This document shows positions 24,815-37,301 of a DNA stretch of 64,000 nucleotides, in pieces. How positions within the stretch are numbered: position 1 is the stretch's first letter; each line of letters opens with the position of its first letter. The stretch spans positions 38,433-102,432 of the forward strand of contig CAVQMY010000006.1 in the NCBI GenBank assembly GCA_963713705.1. The letters are read 5' to 3'. The notes beneath the pieces were generated by a model. That model saw only the letters and a program-made list of their open reading frames with translations, was not told where the DNA came from and searched no databases. This stretch comes from an uncultured Verrucomicrobiae bacterium (GTDB lineage: Bacteria > Verrucomicrobiota > Verrucomicrobiia > Palsa-1439). The position numbers and the translations under genes are program-made.

Positions 24815-27522
24815 ACCGCACCCTCCTTCCGATACTCCGAAAGCGCCTTGGTCAGTCGCGTGACTTCCTCCTGCAACTGGGCGGCGACAACGTCGGCCCC
24901 GCCGAACTCACTACGGGATCCCATGCCCTCCAGGCGTTGAGCGACAGCTCGCGCGGTCTCGGCGCTAAAGGCGGCGGCTGACCCCTTTAACGAGTGCGCC
25001 GACCGTTCCAAAAGTTTGGCATCGCGTTTGGCGATGGACTCGTGAATCTGGTTGAGCAACTCGACCGACTCGGTCCCGAACAATCCCACCAGTTCGCTGA
25101 AAAGTTCCGTGTCACCATCAAGCATGGCCAGGGCCGACTCGTGATCAAAGACCTTGGCGCTCGCCGCGGGCGCCGCTTCATCCTCGGGCAGTTTCTCTGG
25201 CACGCGGGCCGCCAGCGACGGATTTGGCACCACGCTGTCGATCGTCTCAAACAACAACGCGGCCTGGATGGGTTTCGACACGTAGGCGTCCATCCCGGCT
25301 TCCAGGCACCGCTCGCGGTCCCCCTTCAACGCGTGGGCCGTCATCGCAATCACCGGGACGTGTTGGCCGGTGGACTTCTCGCGCTCGCGAATGCAGGCCG
25401 TGGCCTCGAACCCGCCCAACTCCGGCATCTGCACGTCCATGAGGACCACGTCAAACGTTCCCCGCTCCAACGCGTCCAGGGCTTCCACGCCGTTGTTGAC
25501 GGCCACCAGTGAGTGCCCGTGTTTTTCCATCAACTTGACGACCAACCGCTGGTTGACCGCGTTGTCCTCCGCCAGCAGCACCCGCAGCTTGCGAGGCGTA
25601 ACCGCCACCGACGGATTGGCCTCGGTTGCCGATGGTGGCGCCGTCGACTCGCCCGGCTTCCCCAGCGCGGCCCCGATGGCATCGAAAAGTTCCGACTGCT
25701 TGACCGGCTTGGTCAGGTACCCCGCGAATCCCATTTCCCGGCATCGCGAGGCGACGCTGGCCCGGCCCGCCGAGGACAACATGATCAACTTCGTTGAGGC
25801 CAGATCCGAGTCCTGGCGAATCTGTTCGGCCAGTCCAAACCCGTCCGTCTCGGGCATCAGGCAATCCACCAGGACCACCCGGAATGGTTCGCCGCGAGTG
25901 TGCGCCTTCTTGATTCCCGCGAAGGCGGCAGCCGCGTTGCTGGCGATCACCGGCTTCGCATGCCAATGGCGCAGGGTCTCTTCCAAAATGCGGCGATTGG
26001 TGGCATTGTCGTCAACCACCAACACCGGGAGACCTTCCAGATCCGCCCGTTGCGTGGTCAACTTCGGTGGAAGATCCTTCGAGGGGCGCATCTGCGCCGT
26101 GAAATGAAACGTGCTGCCCTTGCCCACTTCGCTTTCCACCCAGATCCTGCCGCCCATCATCCTGACCAACTGCGTGGAGATGGCCAGCCCCAGACCGGTG
26201 CCGCCGTACTTGCGCGTCGTGGAACCGTCGGCTTGCGCGAACGCTTCGAAGATGACACCCTGCTTGTCCGCGGGGATGCCGATGCCCGTATCGCTGACGG
26301 CAAAATGCAGGCAGAGATCGTCCCCTTCCTGTCCATCGACCGCGACCTGGACAACCACCTCACCCCGTTCGGTAAACTTGATCGCGTTGCCGACGAGATT
26401 GACAATGATTTGGCGCAGACGCACCGGGTCGCCGACCAGTTCGTCTGGTACTTCCGGCAGGACGTGCGCGGCCAACTCGAGGCCTTTCTGGTGGGCGCGA
26501 ATCGCCAGGGTCTTGAGCGTGTCCCCCAGGTTGTCGCGCAGGCTGAAGTCAATGAGATCGAGATCGAGCTTTCCGGCCTCGATCTTGGAGAAGTCGAGGA
26601 TATCGTTGATCAACTGGAGCAACGTCTCCGCGGAGAGCTTGACGGTATTGAGGTATTCCCGCTGGTCCGGTGTCAGCTGGGTGTCCAACGCCAGGTCGGC
26701 CATCCCGATGATTCCGTTCATCGGCGTGCGAATCTCGTGGCTCATGTTCGCCAGGAACTCGCTCTTGGCGCGGGTGGCGGACTCGGCCTTTTCTTTCGCG
26801 CCCCGCAAGGCTTCGTCCTGACCCTGGATTTGCTGGAGCATTTCGTTGAACTCTTCGGTCAACAAGCCGATTTCGTCGCTGGAGGACTTGACGGCGCGCA
26901 CCGAGTAATCGCGGGTGTCAGAAACGGTTCGTGCCGACTGGACGAGATCCAGGATCGGCCCCGAGATGAGCCGTTGCAGGCGGGAGGAAAGTAGCAACGA
27001 TACCAGCCACGAGAGCAGCAAAATGATCGCGACGATCCGCAGCTCTTCCACGAACCGGTCTGTGAGCCAGTGAAAATCGGCGCGAATGAATACGGTGCCC
27101 GCCTTCTTTCCTTGCAGAAGAATCGGCTGATACACCACTAGGTGACCGCCTTCGATGCGGTCAATGTCATCTCCCAACAACTCGGGCACTTCACGCTGCG
27201 GCTTGACATCGTCGCGGGCGTATTTGATCACCAGCTTGCCATCCTTGCTGTACACGCACGCCAAGGCGATGGAATGCTGCTTGCTCGCCCAGGAGTTCAC
27301 TTCCTTGACCACCTCGGGATCGGAAAGGTCGCGCCCGGCCGCCTGTTCTTCCTCGATCATTTCCGTGAGCACCGACAGGTCGCGGCTCATTTGGTGGCGA
27401 TAGTTGATCATCTCGTACAGGCCAAAGGCGAAGCACGCCAGGATCACGGCCCCCGTGCTGGTGAGCATGCTGATCCACATCAGCTTCCCGCGAATCGACC
27501 TGTCGGTGATCAAACCCATCAT
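24802..27522 (-). CDS. hybrid sensor histidine kinase (membrane sensor-HAMP-HisKA-HATPase-REC-REC-Hpt)
   Basis: H-box [12 protein letters not shown]-box [11 protein letters not shown]-boxes DTGIGI and GGTGLGLAI. Two receiver domains (VLVVDDN ... ; VLLAEDN ... DVQMPELGG). Hpt-like tail with HSLKGSAA. The start is at ATGATG 27522, preceded by GGAAGGA. Confidence 0.85.
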   Translation of the reverse strand: MMGLITDRSIRGKLMWISMLTSTGAVILACFAFGLYEMINYRHQMSRDLSVLTEMIEEEQAAGRDLSDPEVVKEVNSWASKQHSIALACVYSKDGKLVIKYARDDVKPQREVPELLGDDIDRIEGGHLVVYQPILLQGKKAGTVFIRADFHWLTDRFVEELRIVAIILLLSWLVSLLLSSRLQRLISGPILDLVQSARTVSDTRDYSVRAVKSSSDEIGLLTEEFNEMLQQIQGQDEALRGAKEKAESATRAKSEFLANMSHEIRTPMNGIIGMADLALDTQLTPDQREYLNTVKLSAETLLQLINDILDFSKIEAGKLDLDLIDFSLRDNLGDTLKTLAIRAHQKGLELAAHVLPEVPDELVGDPVRLRQIIVNLVGNAIKFTERGEVVVQVAVDGQEGDDLCLHFAVSDTGIGIPADKQGVIFEAFAQADGSTTRKYGGTGLGLAISTQLVRMMGGRIWVESEVGKGSTFHFTAQMRPSKDLPPKLTTQRADLEGLPVLVVDDNATNRRILEETLRHWHAKPVIASNAAAAFAGIKKAHTRGEPFRVVLVDCLMPETDGFGLAEQIRQDSDLASTKLIMLSSAGRASVASRCREMGFAGYLTKPVKQSELFDAIGAALGKPGESTAPPSATEANPSVAVTPRKLRVLLAEDNAVNQRLVVKLMEKHGHSLVAVNNGVEALDALERGTFDVVLMDVQMPELGGFEATACIREREKSTGQHVPVIAMTAHALKGDRERCLEAGMDAYVSKPIQAALLFETIDSVVPNPSLAARVPEKLPEDEAAPAASAKVFDHESALAMLDGDTELFSELVGLFGTESVELLNQIHESIAKRDAKLLERSAHSLKGSAAAFSAETARAVAQRLEGMGSRSEFGGADVVAAQLQEEVTRLTKALSEYRKEGAVCES

Positions 27523-27811
27523 TGCAATTTCCTTCCGCCGGGCTCTCCCCGGCCCCACGCGTATCCTCCGCCCAACTTACTGCCAGCCCAGTGGTTCCAA
27601 TGGCAACCCATGTGATCGTTTATCAAGCAGCGGGGATGCCATCCGCTACAAAACCTCCGCTTTATCGCAAAATCGCGCACGGCGGGCGCGCCCGCCTCCG
27701 ATCTCGTTGGAAGATGTAAAAATGCCCGGTTTTAGGCAAACCACCGGGCCGCCTGCCCGTACAATCCTGAACATTCTCGCCGTCGAAATCCGGGCCCGCC
27801 GCCCGTGGGCG

Positions 27812-28222
27812 TTACGACAACGACGCGTTCGTCGTGGTCTCGCTCCCTCGACCGAGATGCCGATCGATACACTCCATCACCTTCGCGATACTCGCGGGCT
27901 TTGGAAGAAACTCGTAGCCCCCGCGCAACACCGATTGAGTCATGGCTTCCTGTCCGGACACCAGCGACGTCAGGAAAATGATCGGCGTGGATCGTAGTGT
28001 TGCATCGCTGTGAATGCGAAACGCAACATCGCCGCCATCCGCGCCGGGCATGCATACATCCAGCAGAATCACGCCGGGTCTGAATTCATGGGCGGTCGTG
28101 GCGGCGCGGGTCGCCACATTCTCGACAACGACCTGAAACGAGCCTGTCTTCTCCAGACCCACCGCGAGAAGCCGACTCGCGGTAATATCGTCATCCACAA
28201 CCAGAACTTTTGTCTTGCTCAT
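27812..28222 (-). CDS. single-domain response regulator
   Basis: MSKTKVLVVDDD ... ILLDVCMPGADG ... FLPKP. The start is trimmed to the ATG at 28222. Confidence 0.8.
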   Translation of the reverse strand: MSKTKVLVVDDDITASRLLAVGLEKTGSFQVVVENVATRAATTAHEFRPGVILLDVCMPGADGGDVAFRIHSDATLRSTPIIFLTSLVSGQEAMTQSVLRGGYEFLPKPASIAKVMECIDRHLGRGSETTTNASLS

Positions 28223-28271
28223 TGTAAGGATCCATCCTTCGGCTGCTCCCCAGGAGCAGCTTGCGTTCCAC

Positions 28272-30523
28272 CTATGCGAAGTGAACCAGAGTCGGGCTGG
28301 GCTTGGCGGGCGGAGGTGCCGACGCCAGAACGCGAGCAATTGCCTGACGCAACGTCATTTGAGTGATTGGCTTGCGCAGAATCAGGTCAGGCTGATGGGC
28401 CACATCGCCTCCCTCCACGGGCATATCGGCAAACCCCGTGACCATTACCACAGGGGTGTTGGGGGACTTCTGCTTGATGGCCGCCGTCAACTGGTCTCCA
28501 TTCATTCCGGGCATCGCTCGATCCACCACCACAACGTCGTAGCCCCATTGCGCAAACCGTTCCATGGCTTCCCGACCGTCCGCCGCGGTCTCGACAAAAT
28601 GCCCATCGCCCCGCAAATATTCCGCCTCGATGTCGCGGACTTGCGGCTCGTCCTCGGCCAGCAGCACCCGCAGCGGACGCGACGGCGCCGCACTGCTGGT
28701 CACCAGTTCCCCGCCTTCCGCCTGGGGTATTGGAAGTCGAATGACAAAGACCGTTCCTTTGCCGGGTTCGCTTTGAACATCAATCGAACCTCCGTGACGC
28801 TGGACGATTCCGTAGACGATCGCCAGGCCAAGCCCCGTGCCCCGTTCTCCCTTCGTGGTGAAGAACGGTTCGAAACAGCGCTGACGGACTTCCTCGGTCA
28901 TACCTCGTCCCGTGTCCCGCACCTGGACGACCACCGAATCATCTTCGGTGCCAGTCGCCACCGTGAGCGTGCCTCCCTGGGGCATGGCATCGACGGCGTT
29001 GAACAACAGGTTGATCAGCGATTCGCGCAGGTCGGACTCGCTGCCGCGGATCGGGCGGGACATCCTTCAGGTCGGTTTCCACCACCACCGTCGCGCCACT
29101 GGCCATCATCTGATCCTTCCACTTCGGCTGGGTCATCACAACGGCCTGGGCGACGGTTTCATTGATATCGACGGCCTGATAAACGTCTGACTCCTTCCGA
29201 TGGCGATAGAACTCGCGCAGACGATTGACGATGCTCACGGCCTCTTGCGCCGCGGCACTCGTCATCTGGATGTATTTCTTGACCTTCTCCTTGTCGTTGA
29301 GGTTTTCCGGCCAGGCCAGCAACAGTTCATTAAACCCCAAAATCTTCGCCAGAACGTTGTTGAAATCGTGGGCGACACCACTCGCCATCTGCGCCAGAGC
29401 CCGCAACCGCTCCTGTTGCACAACCTGCTTTTGCGTTTCGCGCAATTCCGCCACTGTGCAGGCAAGTTGGCGCGTACTGTCGCGGAGGGATTGCTCGGTC
29501 TGTTTACGGGCGGTGATGTCGTGCACACAGAGCAGGAGCACGGGTCCTTTTGGACAATGGACCAATCTCGCATTTCCTTCACACAGGAATTCGCCGCCGT
29601 CGGGACGCAGGAATTGAAGCTCCCGGCCCACTTCGTTCACCGCCGCCTCGGCCGCCGCCTCGGCCGCCGCCTCGTCCACACGCGCGAGCGCCGGGCAGCA
29701 ACCCGGGACATAGCTCGATAAATGGCCGACCGATCAATTCGCCGGCGCTCTGGCCACTCAATCGGAGCGCGGCCTGGTTGGCCTGCAACACCCCCAGCGT
29801 AAGGGGGTTGAGCAGAAAGATCGCGTCACCGGAAGAATCAAACAGCGTATGGTAGTCGTGCTCGGACAGATTGACGTTGTCCTCGACCACCATGCCCACC
29901 ACGATCAGCAGCGCCAGGATCGCCGAGCCCAGGTACGCGGCGGCCATCAACACTTGCGAGCCGCTCGCCAGCGGGAACCCGATCAAGTGCAGGCCCCACA
30001 GGAGGAACCCGACACCGAGGATGATGCTGCCCCGGGACCGCCGACGCGCGCGGATGTACAGGACACCCGTGTACACCCCCGCTCCCGCCAACAACAGGAA
30101 CACCGGCAGCGTGAGCCACAGCCCGTCTTGAACACGATACGCCGAGAAATAACTCCAGATAATAATCAGCACCGTCGCCAGCGTGAGTTCGCGCTGGTCG
30201 CGCTTCACCTGCGAAAGTTGAAAACTGCCCCAAAACATGAACAGCGCACTGATGCCGATACACGCCCGGGACACCATCAGCAGAAATGGCGTGCGCGGGG
30301 ATTCCTCCAACCCGATCGACGCCGCCAGGTACACCGAGTAAAACATCCACGCGACCGTCCAGAGGCTCAGATGAGTGCGCCGGTTCGAGTAGTTCATGTA
30401 GGTGAACAACCCAATGACCATCCAGACGGTGATCAGGGCCAATACCAACGCCGACCGGATCCATTCGGGAGGAAAAAACAGAACGGACTGATCGAGCAAA
30501 CTCAAGTACGGCATGTTCGTCAT
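28272..30523 (-). pseudogene. hybrid sensor histidine kinase (multi-TM sensor-PAS-HisKA-HATPase-REC), two frameshifts as sequenced
   Basis: Three consecutive frames. 30523-29579 holds about 7 TM segments plus the PAS start. 29679-28939 holds the PAS end, HDITARK and the H-box GVAHDFNN. 29063-28272 holds [25 protein letters not shown] and the receiver LLAEDE ... DRAMPGMNG. The breaks fall between ~29680 and ~29735 and at the CCCGCCC run around 29053-29059. Confidence 0.75.
29642..29674. repeat. 12-bp tandem repeat GCCGCCTCGGCC x2.75 inside the kinase gene (encodes EAAAEAAAEAA)
   Basis: Read directly. It lies immediately downstream, in gene orientation, of the first frame break. Confidence 0.8.
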
Positions 30524-33162
30524 GACTCGGTCCTTGTGCTACCAACGGGCCCTGACTCCCGGCCATCCAGCACTTCACGCACTCTCTGTGCCAAAACCTC
30601 GGGGGTAAATGGCTTTTCCAGGAAGGCGATTCGATCCTCGGATATTCCGTGTCGAATCATGGCATCCGCCGTGTAACCCGACGTGAACAGGACCTTGGTG
30701 TCCGGACGGGCGGTTCCAAACCAATCCGCCAACTGTTTGCCATCGAGCTGTGGCATCACGATGTCGGTGAAGAGCAAATCGATCTTGTCCATTGCGTTCT
30801 GCTCGGCCACGCGAATCCCCTCCTTGCCGTTGCTCGCCTCCATCACGCGATAACCCAGCTCGCGCAGGATCCCGACCGTCAGGTTACGTACCTCCGGCTC
30901 GTCCTCCGCCACCAGGATGGTTTCCTTGCCGGTCGCCCATTCCAGAACTTTTGGCCGCTCGGGCTGTTGGTCCGCGTCGGCGGCGACCCGCGGCAGGTAA
31001 ATCTTGAACGTGGTGCCCTTGCCCAACTCGGTAAACACATCGATGTGGCCCCCGCTTTGTTTGACAATGCCGTAGCAGGTCGCCAGGCCGAGCCCCGTAC
31101 CCTTCCCCTGTGGTTTGGTCGTGAAAAACGGTTCGAAGAGGTGCGCCTTCACGTCCTCGGTCATTCCCGATCCCGTGTCGGTGACGGACAGCATAACGTA
31201 TTCGCCGGGTCCCACGTCGCCATGTTGGCGGGTGTAGTCTTCGTGAAGCGTTGCCCGCGCCACCTCGATGATGAGCTTGCCGCCGTTGGCCATGGCGTCG
31301 CGCGCGTTCACCGCGAGGTTCATGATCACCTGCTCGATCTGGGCGGGATCGGCCCGAACGTTCCCCACGGCCGCGCCGCGAATCGTGTGCAGCCCGATGT
31401 CTTCGCCGATCAACCGACGCAGCATTTTCTCGATGTCGGTCACGACATTGCTCAGGTTGAGTATCCGTGGTTGCAGCGCCTGTTTGCGACTGAACGCCAG
31501 CAACTGCCTCGTCAAACCGCTCGCTCGTTCGGCCGATTTGCGAATTTGCTCCGCCAGGCGAAACCGCGGGTCCTCGGGGGGCAGCTTGCGCAGCAACAGC
31601 TCGGTGTACCCGTTGATCGCTGTCAGGATATTGTTAAAATCATGGGCCACACCGCCGGCCAGACGTCCCACGGCTTCGACCTTCTGGGCCTGCAGGAACT
31701 GCTCCTGCAACGTTTTTTGCTCGGTGATGTCCTCTTTGATCGCGATGAAATGCGCCACCTGTCCCTGCTCGTCCGCCACGGGTGCAATGGTCATCCGCGC
31801 CGTGTACTCGGTCTCGTCTTTGCGGCGGCTGACCAGTTCCCCCTGCCAGACTTTGCCGGAGAGAACCGTTTGCCAGAGCTCGTCGTAAACCGCCGGCTCG
31901 TGGCTGCCCGCCTTCAGCGCTGACCACACTTCCCCATACACCTCGGCGAATGCGTACCCCGTTAACCTGGTGAAGGCGGGGTTGACCCATTCGATCGTCC
32001 CGTTGCGGTCGGTGAGCACGATGGCGTTCGCCGCGGAATCCAGTGCCGCCGCCTGCAACCGCAAACGATCCGCCGCCAGCTTCTGCTGCGTCACGCTTTC
32101 GCGCAATTCCGTCTGCGAGCGCTGCAACGCGTCCAGCATCTTGTTCAGAGCACCAGCCAAACCTGCCAGTTCGTCCCGTCCGACAGCCGCCACGCGCGCG
32201 GTGACATCACTTCGACTCCCAATTCGATTCACATCCGCAACCAGCCTGGCCAGCCGCGCCAGAAGCACCCGTTCCAGCAACACGGCCATGGAAGCCCCGA
32301 AACACAATCCGATGATCAGCAGCGATGTCACCAACAACTGGATGGTGCCCAGTCCCTGCGCGAAGATGTCGCGCGGCTTTTCCACGCGCAGCACCACAGC
32401 TGGTTTCCCGAAAATGTCGTCACACACCGTGTAGCCCCCGACCCAGTCGCCCACCAGAGGATGCACGTACACCCGATCGACATCGCGTCCCTGGGCCAGG
32501 GCGTCCCGGAAATCCGCCGTCAATTTTGGATCATCCGCTCGGCGCACCATCACCATCAAATGCGCTGCGTCCGTGAATCGCTTCATCGCCGCCAGGTCCA
32601 GATACCGGCCGACAATGAGCGTGCCGCGGACCGGCCCGCCGTGCTGGCCCGTCACAATCGGCCTCGAAACCACTAGCGTGACGCCCTCGGGCAACGACAC
32701 CAGACCCGAGTGGACACTGTTGACGCTGGGGTGGCTCAGGAGCAGGCTCTTGCCATTCAACAACCGCAAAAAACTATCCGGCACGGGTAGCGCCTTGGCC
32801 GCCCGCAAATCAAACCCGTTGCTCCACACCACCTGCCCATCGCGATTCAAGAGAACAATAAAATTCAACCGCAGGTCGGTGAACGTCGAGTTACCGAGGT
32901 TGGCGCGGATATAGCTCGGGTTGTGATCCTGAATAAACTGGCAGGTGTCATCCCGCGCCGCCCACTCCTCGGCTTTGTCGCTGAGGTCCGCCAACTCGTT
33001 GACCATGGCGCTCTTGGACCACTTCACGTCGCGGACGACATCGCGCCGCTCGAGTCGGGAGAAATCAGTGAGCAGGATCGACGAGGACACCTTGTACAAC
33101 CCCAGAATGAGCGCGACGAGGGTGACGCCGATGATCAGGAATATCTTGCGACGCAACGTCAT
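30520..33162 (-). CDS. hybrid sensor histidine kinase (CHASE4-like sensor-HAMP-PAS-HisKA-HATPase-REC)
   Basis: The N-terminal extracytoplasmic region ([25 protein letters not shown] ...) resembles CHASE4. H-box [35 protein letters not shown]. Receiver [10 protein letters not shown] ... [14 protein letters not shown] overlap with the next kinase gene. Confidence 0.85.
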   Translation of the reverse strand: MTLRRKIFLIIGVTLVALILGLYKVSSSILLTDFSRLERRDVVRDVKWSKSAMVNELADLSDKAEEWAARDDTCQFIQDHNPSYIRANLGNSTFTDLRLNFIVLLNRDGQVVWSNGFDLRAAKALPVPDSFLRLLNGKSLLLSHPSVNSVHSGLVSLPEGVTLVVSRPIVTGQHGGPVRGTLIVGRYLDLAAMKRFTDAAHLMVMVRRADDPKLTADFRDALAQGRDVDRVYVHPLVGDWVGGYTVCDDIFGKPAVVLRVEKPRDIFAQGLGTIQLLVTSLLIIGLCFGASMAVLLERVLLARLARLVADVNRIGSRSDVTARVAAVGRDELAGLAGALNKMLDALQRSQTELRESVTQQKLAADRLRLQAAALDSAANAIVLTDRNGTIEWVNPAFTRLTGYAFAEVYGEVWSALKAGSHEPAVYDELWQTVLSGKVWQGELVSRRKDETEYTARMTIAPVADEQGQVAHFIAIKEDITEQKTLQEQFLQAQKVEAVGRLAGGVAHDFNNILTAINGYTELLLRKLPPEDPRFRLAEQIRKSAERASGLTRQLLAFSRKQALQPRILNLSNVVTDIEKMLRRLIGEDIGLHTIRGAAVGNVRADPAQIEQVIMNLAVNARDAMANGGKLIIEVARATLHEDYTRQHGDVGPGEYVMLSVTDTGSGMTEDVKAHLFEPFFTTKPQGKGTGLGLATCYGIVKQSGGHIDVFTELGKGTTFKIYLPRVAADADQQPERPKVLEWATGKETILVAEDEPEVRNLTVGILRELGYRVMEASNGKEGIRVAEQNAMDKIDLLFTDIVMPQLDGKQLADWFGTARPDTKVLFTSGYTADAMIRHGISEDRIAFLEKPFTPEVLAQRVREVLDGRESGPVGSTRTES

Positions 33163-33342
33163 CGCAATCTTTCCCGTCGGTCGAAATTCGACACGATAAT
33201 TTGCATCTTGGCGCTCACCAAACGTCCATCCATGCCATCAAACAGACAAGGCCAGATGTCATAAAATGCAATAACCGTGCCACCAGGGGCTTGGCCCGTG
33301 CCTTGACTTGCCGCCCCGCATTGGCGATAGTCCGCCCTTGCC

Positions 33343-34701
33343 ATGACGGACAAAAAATCAGCATCGCCGCCCTTGATGGAGAAGATTGTCGCGCTCTGCA
33401 AGCGCCGCGGGTTCGTTTTCCAATCATCGGAAATTTACGGCGGCATCAACGGGTTCTGGGACTACGGCCCCGCCGGCGCCGAACTCAAACGCAACATCAA
33501 GGACGCGTGGTGGAATGACGTCGTCCGCAGCCGCACCGACGTGGTCGGCATCGACGGCACGATCATCACCCATCCCCGGGTCTGGGAAGCCAGCGGCCAC
33601 ACCACCGCCTTCACGGACCCGATGGTGGACTGCAAGAAGTGCAAAGGCCGGTGGCGCGCGGATCAACTTCCTGACACGAAATGCCCGGAAGGCGGCCCGC
33701 ACGAGTTCACCGAGGCGCGCCAATTCAATTTGATGTTCAAGACGTTCGTCGGCCCGGTCGAGGACGGCGCCAGTGTTGCCTATCTCCGCCCCGAAACGGC
33801 GCAGGTCATTTTCGCGCAGTTCAACAACGTCCTCAGCGTTTCGCGCCAGAAAGTCCCGTTCGGCATCGCGCAGATCGGCAAGGCGTTCCGCAACGAGATC
33901 AATCCGCGCAATTTCACGTTCCGCAGCCGCGAGTTCGAGCAGATGGAGCTGGAATTCTTCATCAAGCCCGGTACCGACGCGGAGTGGCACCAGCGCTGGG
34001 TCGAGGAACGCCTGAAATGGTACGAATCCATCGGTCTGCCAAAGGAAAAGCTCAGCCAATACGTCTACAAGAAGGAAGAACTCGCCCATTACGCCAGCGC
34101 GTGCGTGGACGTGATGTTCGAATTCCCGTTTGGCGTGCAGGAACTCGAAGGCATCGCCGCCCGCGGCAACTTCGATCTCAGCCAGCACCAGAAATTCAGT
34201 GGCAAATCGATGGAGTATTTCGACGACGAAGCGAAGGAGAAATACATCCCCCACGTGGTCGAACCGTCGGCCGGTGTTGACCGCATCGCGCTCGCGCTGC
34301 TCTGCTCTGCGTACGCCGAGGAGACGACCACTGACGAGAAAGGCCAGACTGAAACCCGCGTCGTTATGCGGTTTGCCCCGCGTATCGCGCCGGTGAAAGT
34401 TGCCGTGTTCCCCTTGCTGCGCAACAAGCCGCCGCTCGTCGAGAAGGCAAGGCAAGTCTTCAAACTTCTCCAGCCGCATTTCACCACCGAATGGGACGAC
34501 CGCGGCAACATCGGCAAACGCTATCGCTACCAGGACGAACAGGGCACGCCGTGGTGCGCCACCATCGATTTCGACACCCTCGGTGAAAAAGGCCCCGAAC
34601 TGGCCGATACGGTCACCCTCCGCGACCGCGACTCGATGAAACAGGATCGCGTGAAGATCGCCGACTTGGTGCCGCTGATCTCGCAGAAGCTGCGCGCGTA
34701 A
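33343..34701 (+). CDS. glyQS: glycine--tRNA ligase (homodimeric class II type)
   Basis: MEKIVALCKRRGFVFQSSEIYGGINGFWDYGPAGAELKRNIKDAWW, RPETAQVIF, and length 452 aa. Confidence 0.95.
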   Translation: MTDKKSASPPLMEKIVALCKRRGFVFQSSEIYGGINGFWDYGPAGAELKRNIKDAWWNDVVRSRTDVVGIDGTIITHPRVWEASGHTTAFTDPMVDCKKCKGRWRADQLPDTKCPEGGPHEFTEARQFNLMFKTFVGPVEDGASVAYLRPETAQVIFAQFNNVLSVSRQKVPFGIAQIGKAFRNEINPRNFTFRSREFEQMELEFFIKPGTDAEWHQRWVEERLKWYESIGLPKEKLSQYVYKKEELAHYASACVDVMFEFPFGVQELEGIAARGNFDLSQHQKFSGKSMEYFDDEAKEKYIPHVVEPSAGVDRIALALLCSAYAEETTTDEKGQTETRVVMRFAPRIAPVKVAVFPLLRNKPPLVEKARQVFKLLQPHFTTEWDDRGNIGKRYRYQDEQGTPWCATIDFDTLGEKGPELADTVTLRDRDSMKQDRVKIADLVPLISQKLRA

Positions 34702-34784
34702 TCTCGACGGTCAACTTTACCCTTGCGAAGCTGCGTTTCTTTGGCTATTGTTCGCCCTTCCGAAAAGCAAAGGGAACAATCATC

Positions 34785-35015
34785 ATGTCTCGACGTTGTG
34801 AAATTTGTGGCAAGGGCGAAGCGCGCGGGAATCACATCCTGCGCCGCGGCCAGGCAAAGAAAAAGGGCGGTATCGGCCAGCACGTGACCGCCGTGACGCC
34901 GCGGATCTTCCGGCCAAACCTGCAGGTGGTCCACGCTGTGGTCAACGGCGCGCGCCGCCGGGTCAAAGCCTGCACGAACTGCATCAAGAGCGGTCGCATC
35001 GCCAAAGCCGCCTAG
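34785..35015 (+). CDS. rpmB: 50S ribosomal protein L28
   Basis: MSRRCEICGKG ... GNHILRRG ... RIFRPNLQ, 76 aa. Confidence 0.95.
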   Translation: MSRRCEICGKGEARGNHILRRGQAKKKGGIGQHVTAVTPRIFRPNLQVVHAVVNGARRRVKACTNCIKSGRIAKAA

Positions 35016-35049
35016 GCGGAGATGGTCAATGGCGGATGGTCGATGACAC

Positions 35050-35508
35050 CTAGTCCGTCGAGTCGCCTTCCGATCCCGTGACGTATCCGGCTTTGGATTC
35101 TTTCAACGACGATCCCGGCTTCGCCTTGCCTCGCTCCCGAATCTTGCGCTCAATGCTCCCGGCGAGATTCGCTAATTGCTTCAAGGCCTCCTCATACCGC
35201 CCGTGTAGTTCACTCGCGATGTCTTCGGAAAGTTGATCGGTGGATTGGGAGTACGACACATGCGTCATTGTCTCGCGGGCTTCCCGGCGACAGCGATAAA
35301 GCGCCTGCAAATACTCTGTGCTGTACTGCGAATAAAATCCTTCTGTCATATTGGCGCAGACGGACTCCGATGATCGCAGCATCTGCACTCGAAGCCACCG
35401 AAACTCTGGCCCAAAACGTTGTGTCTTCTTCTCGAGTTCCAGAGCCAATGTCAGAAACGCCTGATACACCGGCATCTGCTCCACAGTCTCAATCTTCTGT
35501 CTCTCCAC
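35050..35508 (-). CDS. four-helix-bundle protein (23S rRNA intervening-sequence protein family)
   Basis: VYQAFLTLALELEKKT ... LRSSESVCANMTEGF ... EYLQALYRCRREARETMTHV is the typical TIGR02436-like pattern. Confidence 0.8.
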   Translation of the reverse strand: MERQKIETVEQMPVYQAFLTLALELEKKTQRFGPEFRWLRVQMLRSSESVCANMTEGFYSQYSTEYLQALYRCRREARETMTHVSYSQSTDQLSEDIASELHGRYEEALKQLANLAGSIERKIRERGKAKPGSSLKESKAGYVTGSEGDSTD

Positions 35509-35591
35509 TTCCGATCCTCCATCAATCGCCGGCCATCAACCATTCTCCATTCGGCCATCGTCCAAGGATGTTCCCCATCCACCCTCCACCA

Positions 35592-37301
35592 TCAACCATC
35601 AACCATGCCTTTCCGCACGTCCCTGACTTTCAACTGCACGTTTTCCACGCCGCGGAATTCGTTCAGTTCGGGGATGAACGCCACATCGAATTTGCCCTTG
35701 GGCAACTCGAAATCACCCCGGCCCCACCAGATCGCCTGCGCGGTCGTATCGCCATCCGTCACGTTGAAGCGCAAGTGATTCTTGCCCACCACCCGCGGCG
35801 CGCCGCGTAGCTGTACGCCCTCGACGGCAAACACGGGCGTCGGATTCTCGGTTCCGCACGGCTCCAATCGCGCCAGTTGCTCGAAGAAGTCCGCATCCAA
35901 ATCGTCGAGCGTGACGACGGCATCGATTTTCACGCGCTGGTGCAACTCATCTTCCGTCAGCGTCTTCGCGGCGAACTCATTCAGCTGCTGCCGCAATTGA
36001 TCGATGTTGGCAGCCTTCACACTGAGCCCCGCGGCCATTTCGTGTCCGCCAAACCGCTCGAGCAATGGCGCGCACTGGCGTAGCGCGTCGACAATCGAGA
36101 AACCCGTAACACTCCGACACGACCCCTTCCCCAGTTTGTCCTCGATACCGATCACGACGGTGGGCTTGTAGAATTCCTGCTGGACGCGCGACGCCACGAT
36201 GCCGATGACACCGACGTGCCAGCCTTCTTTGGCGAGTACGAGCACCCGGTCCTGTTCCTGCGCGCGCGCCATGGTCATGGCTTCATCCACCATGTGCTCC
36301 TCGATGCGTTGGCGCTCGGCATTGTGATTGTCGAGCAAGGTGGCCAATTCCTTCGCGCGTGATGCGTCGGTGGTGAGCAGCAATTCCAGCGCGGCCATCG
36401 CATCGGCGAGTCGGCCAGCTGCGTTCAGCCGTGGTGCGATGCGAAACCCGATGTGGTACGGGCTTACCTCGTCCGGCACGCTGGCCACGTCCATCAGGGC
36501 ACGCAGCCCGATCTTTTGCGTGTGCGGGAGACGCTCCAGCCCCGCCTTGACCAGAATGCGGTTCTCCTCGATCAGCGGCACGACGTCGGCCACGGTGCCG
36601 ACCGCCACAAGGTCGAGGTGGTCGCGCAAATCGATCTGCTCGGAGAGTTGCCGGTCACGTTTCAACAGCGCATGCGCGAGCTTGAACGCCACCCCCACGC
36701 TGGCCAGGTACCTGTGGGCCACGTCCCCCGACGCGGCGCGTTTGGGATTCACCAGCGCCACGCAATCCGGCAATTGCTCCGCCGGCTCGTGATGGTCGAG
36801 CACGATCGTATCGACCTTGCGGTTCTTGAGATCCGCGATCTCGTGCACCGAACTGGTGCCGCAATCCACCGCCAGGAGCAACTGCGGCTGGTGCTCCTTC
36901 CAACATCGCGCAATGCCGTCCTGGGTCAGGCCGTAGCCTTCATCCATGCGATGCGGCAGGAAATTCGTGACGGTCGCGCCCGCCGCCCGCAGGACGAGTT
37001 GCAGTAACGCGCTCGACGTGACACCGTCCACGTCGTAATCGCCGTAGATCGTGATGCGTTCGTTCTTTTCGATGGCCGCCAGAATCCGGTCGACCGCCGT
37101 CGCCATGTCCGGCAAATCGAAGGGATCACCAAGCTGACGAAGCTGTGGATTGAGGAATTGCGACGCCTTGTCGGCCTCGCCATACCCGCGATTGATGAGT
37201 ACCTGCGCCAGCGCCACCGCGAGGTGCAATTCGCCAGCCAGCGCGCCTGCCAGCGCTGGCTCGGGTTTCGCAGTGACCCAGTGTTTCCCTTTGTTTGTCA
37301 T
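35592..37301 (-). CDS. recJ: single-stranded-DNA-specific exonuclease RecJ
   Basis: DHH-family motifs ITIYGDYDVDGVTS, AVDCGTSS, VLDHHEP, GGHEMAAG; 569 aa. Confidence 0.9.
   Translation of the reverse strand: MTNKGKHWVTAKPEPALAGALAGELHLAVALAQVLINRGYGEADKASQFLNPQLRQLGDPFDLPDMATAVDRILAAIEKNERITIYGDYDVDGVTSSALLQLVLRAAGATVTNFLPHRMDEGYGLTQDGIARCWKEHQPQLLLAVDCGTSSVHEIADLKNRKVDTIVLDHHEPAEQLPDCVALVNPKRAASGDVAHRYLASVGVAFKLAHALLKRDRQLSEQIDLRDHLDLVAVGTVADVVPLIEENRILVKAGLERLPHTQKIGLRALMDVASVPDEVSPYHIGFRIAPRLNAAGRLADAMAALELLLTTDASRAKELATLLDNHNAERQRIEEHMVDEAMTMARAQEQDRVLVLAKEGWHVGVIGIVASRVQQEFYKPTVVIGIEDKLGKGSCRSVTGFSIVDALRQCAPLLERFGGHEMAAGLSVKAANIDQLRQQLNEFAAKTLTEDELHQRVKIDAVVTLDDLDADFFEQLARLEPCGTENPTPVFAVEGVQLRGAPRVVGKNHLRFNVTDGDTTAQAIWWGRGDFELPKGKFDVAFIPELNEFRGVENVQLKVRDVRKGMVDG

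Noticed and set aside
29642-29674. Short tandem repeats (29642, 42317, 48489, 17333) as CRISPR-like arrays
   Set aside because: The units are 7-12 bp with no spacers, mostly inside coding sequence. No cas genes are in the window.
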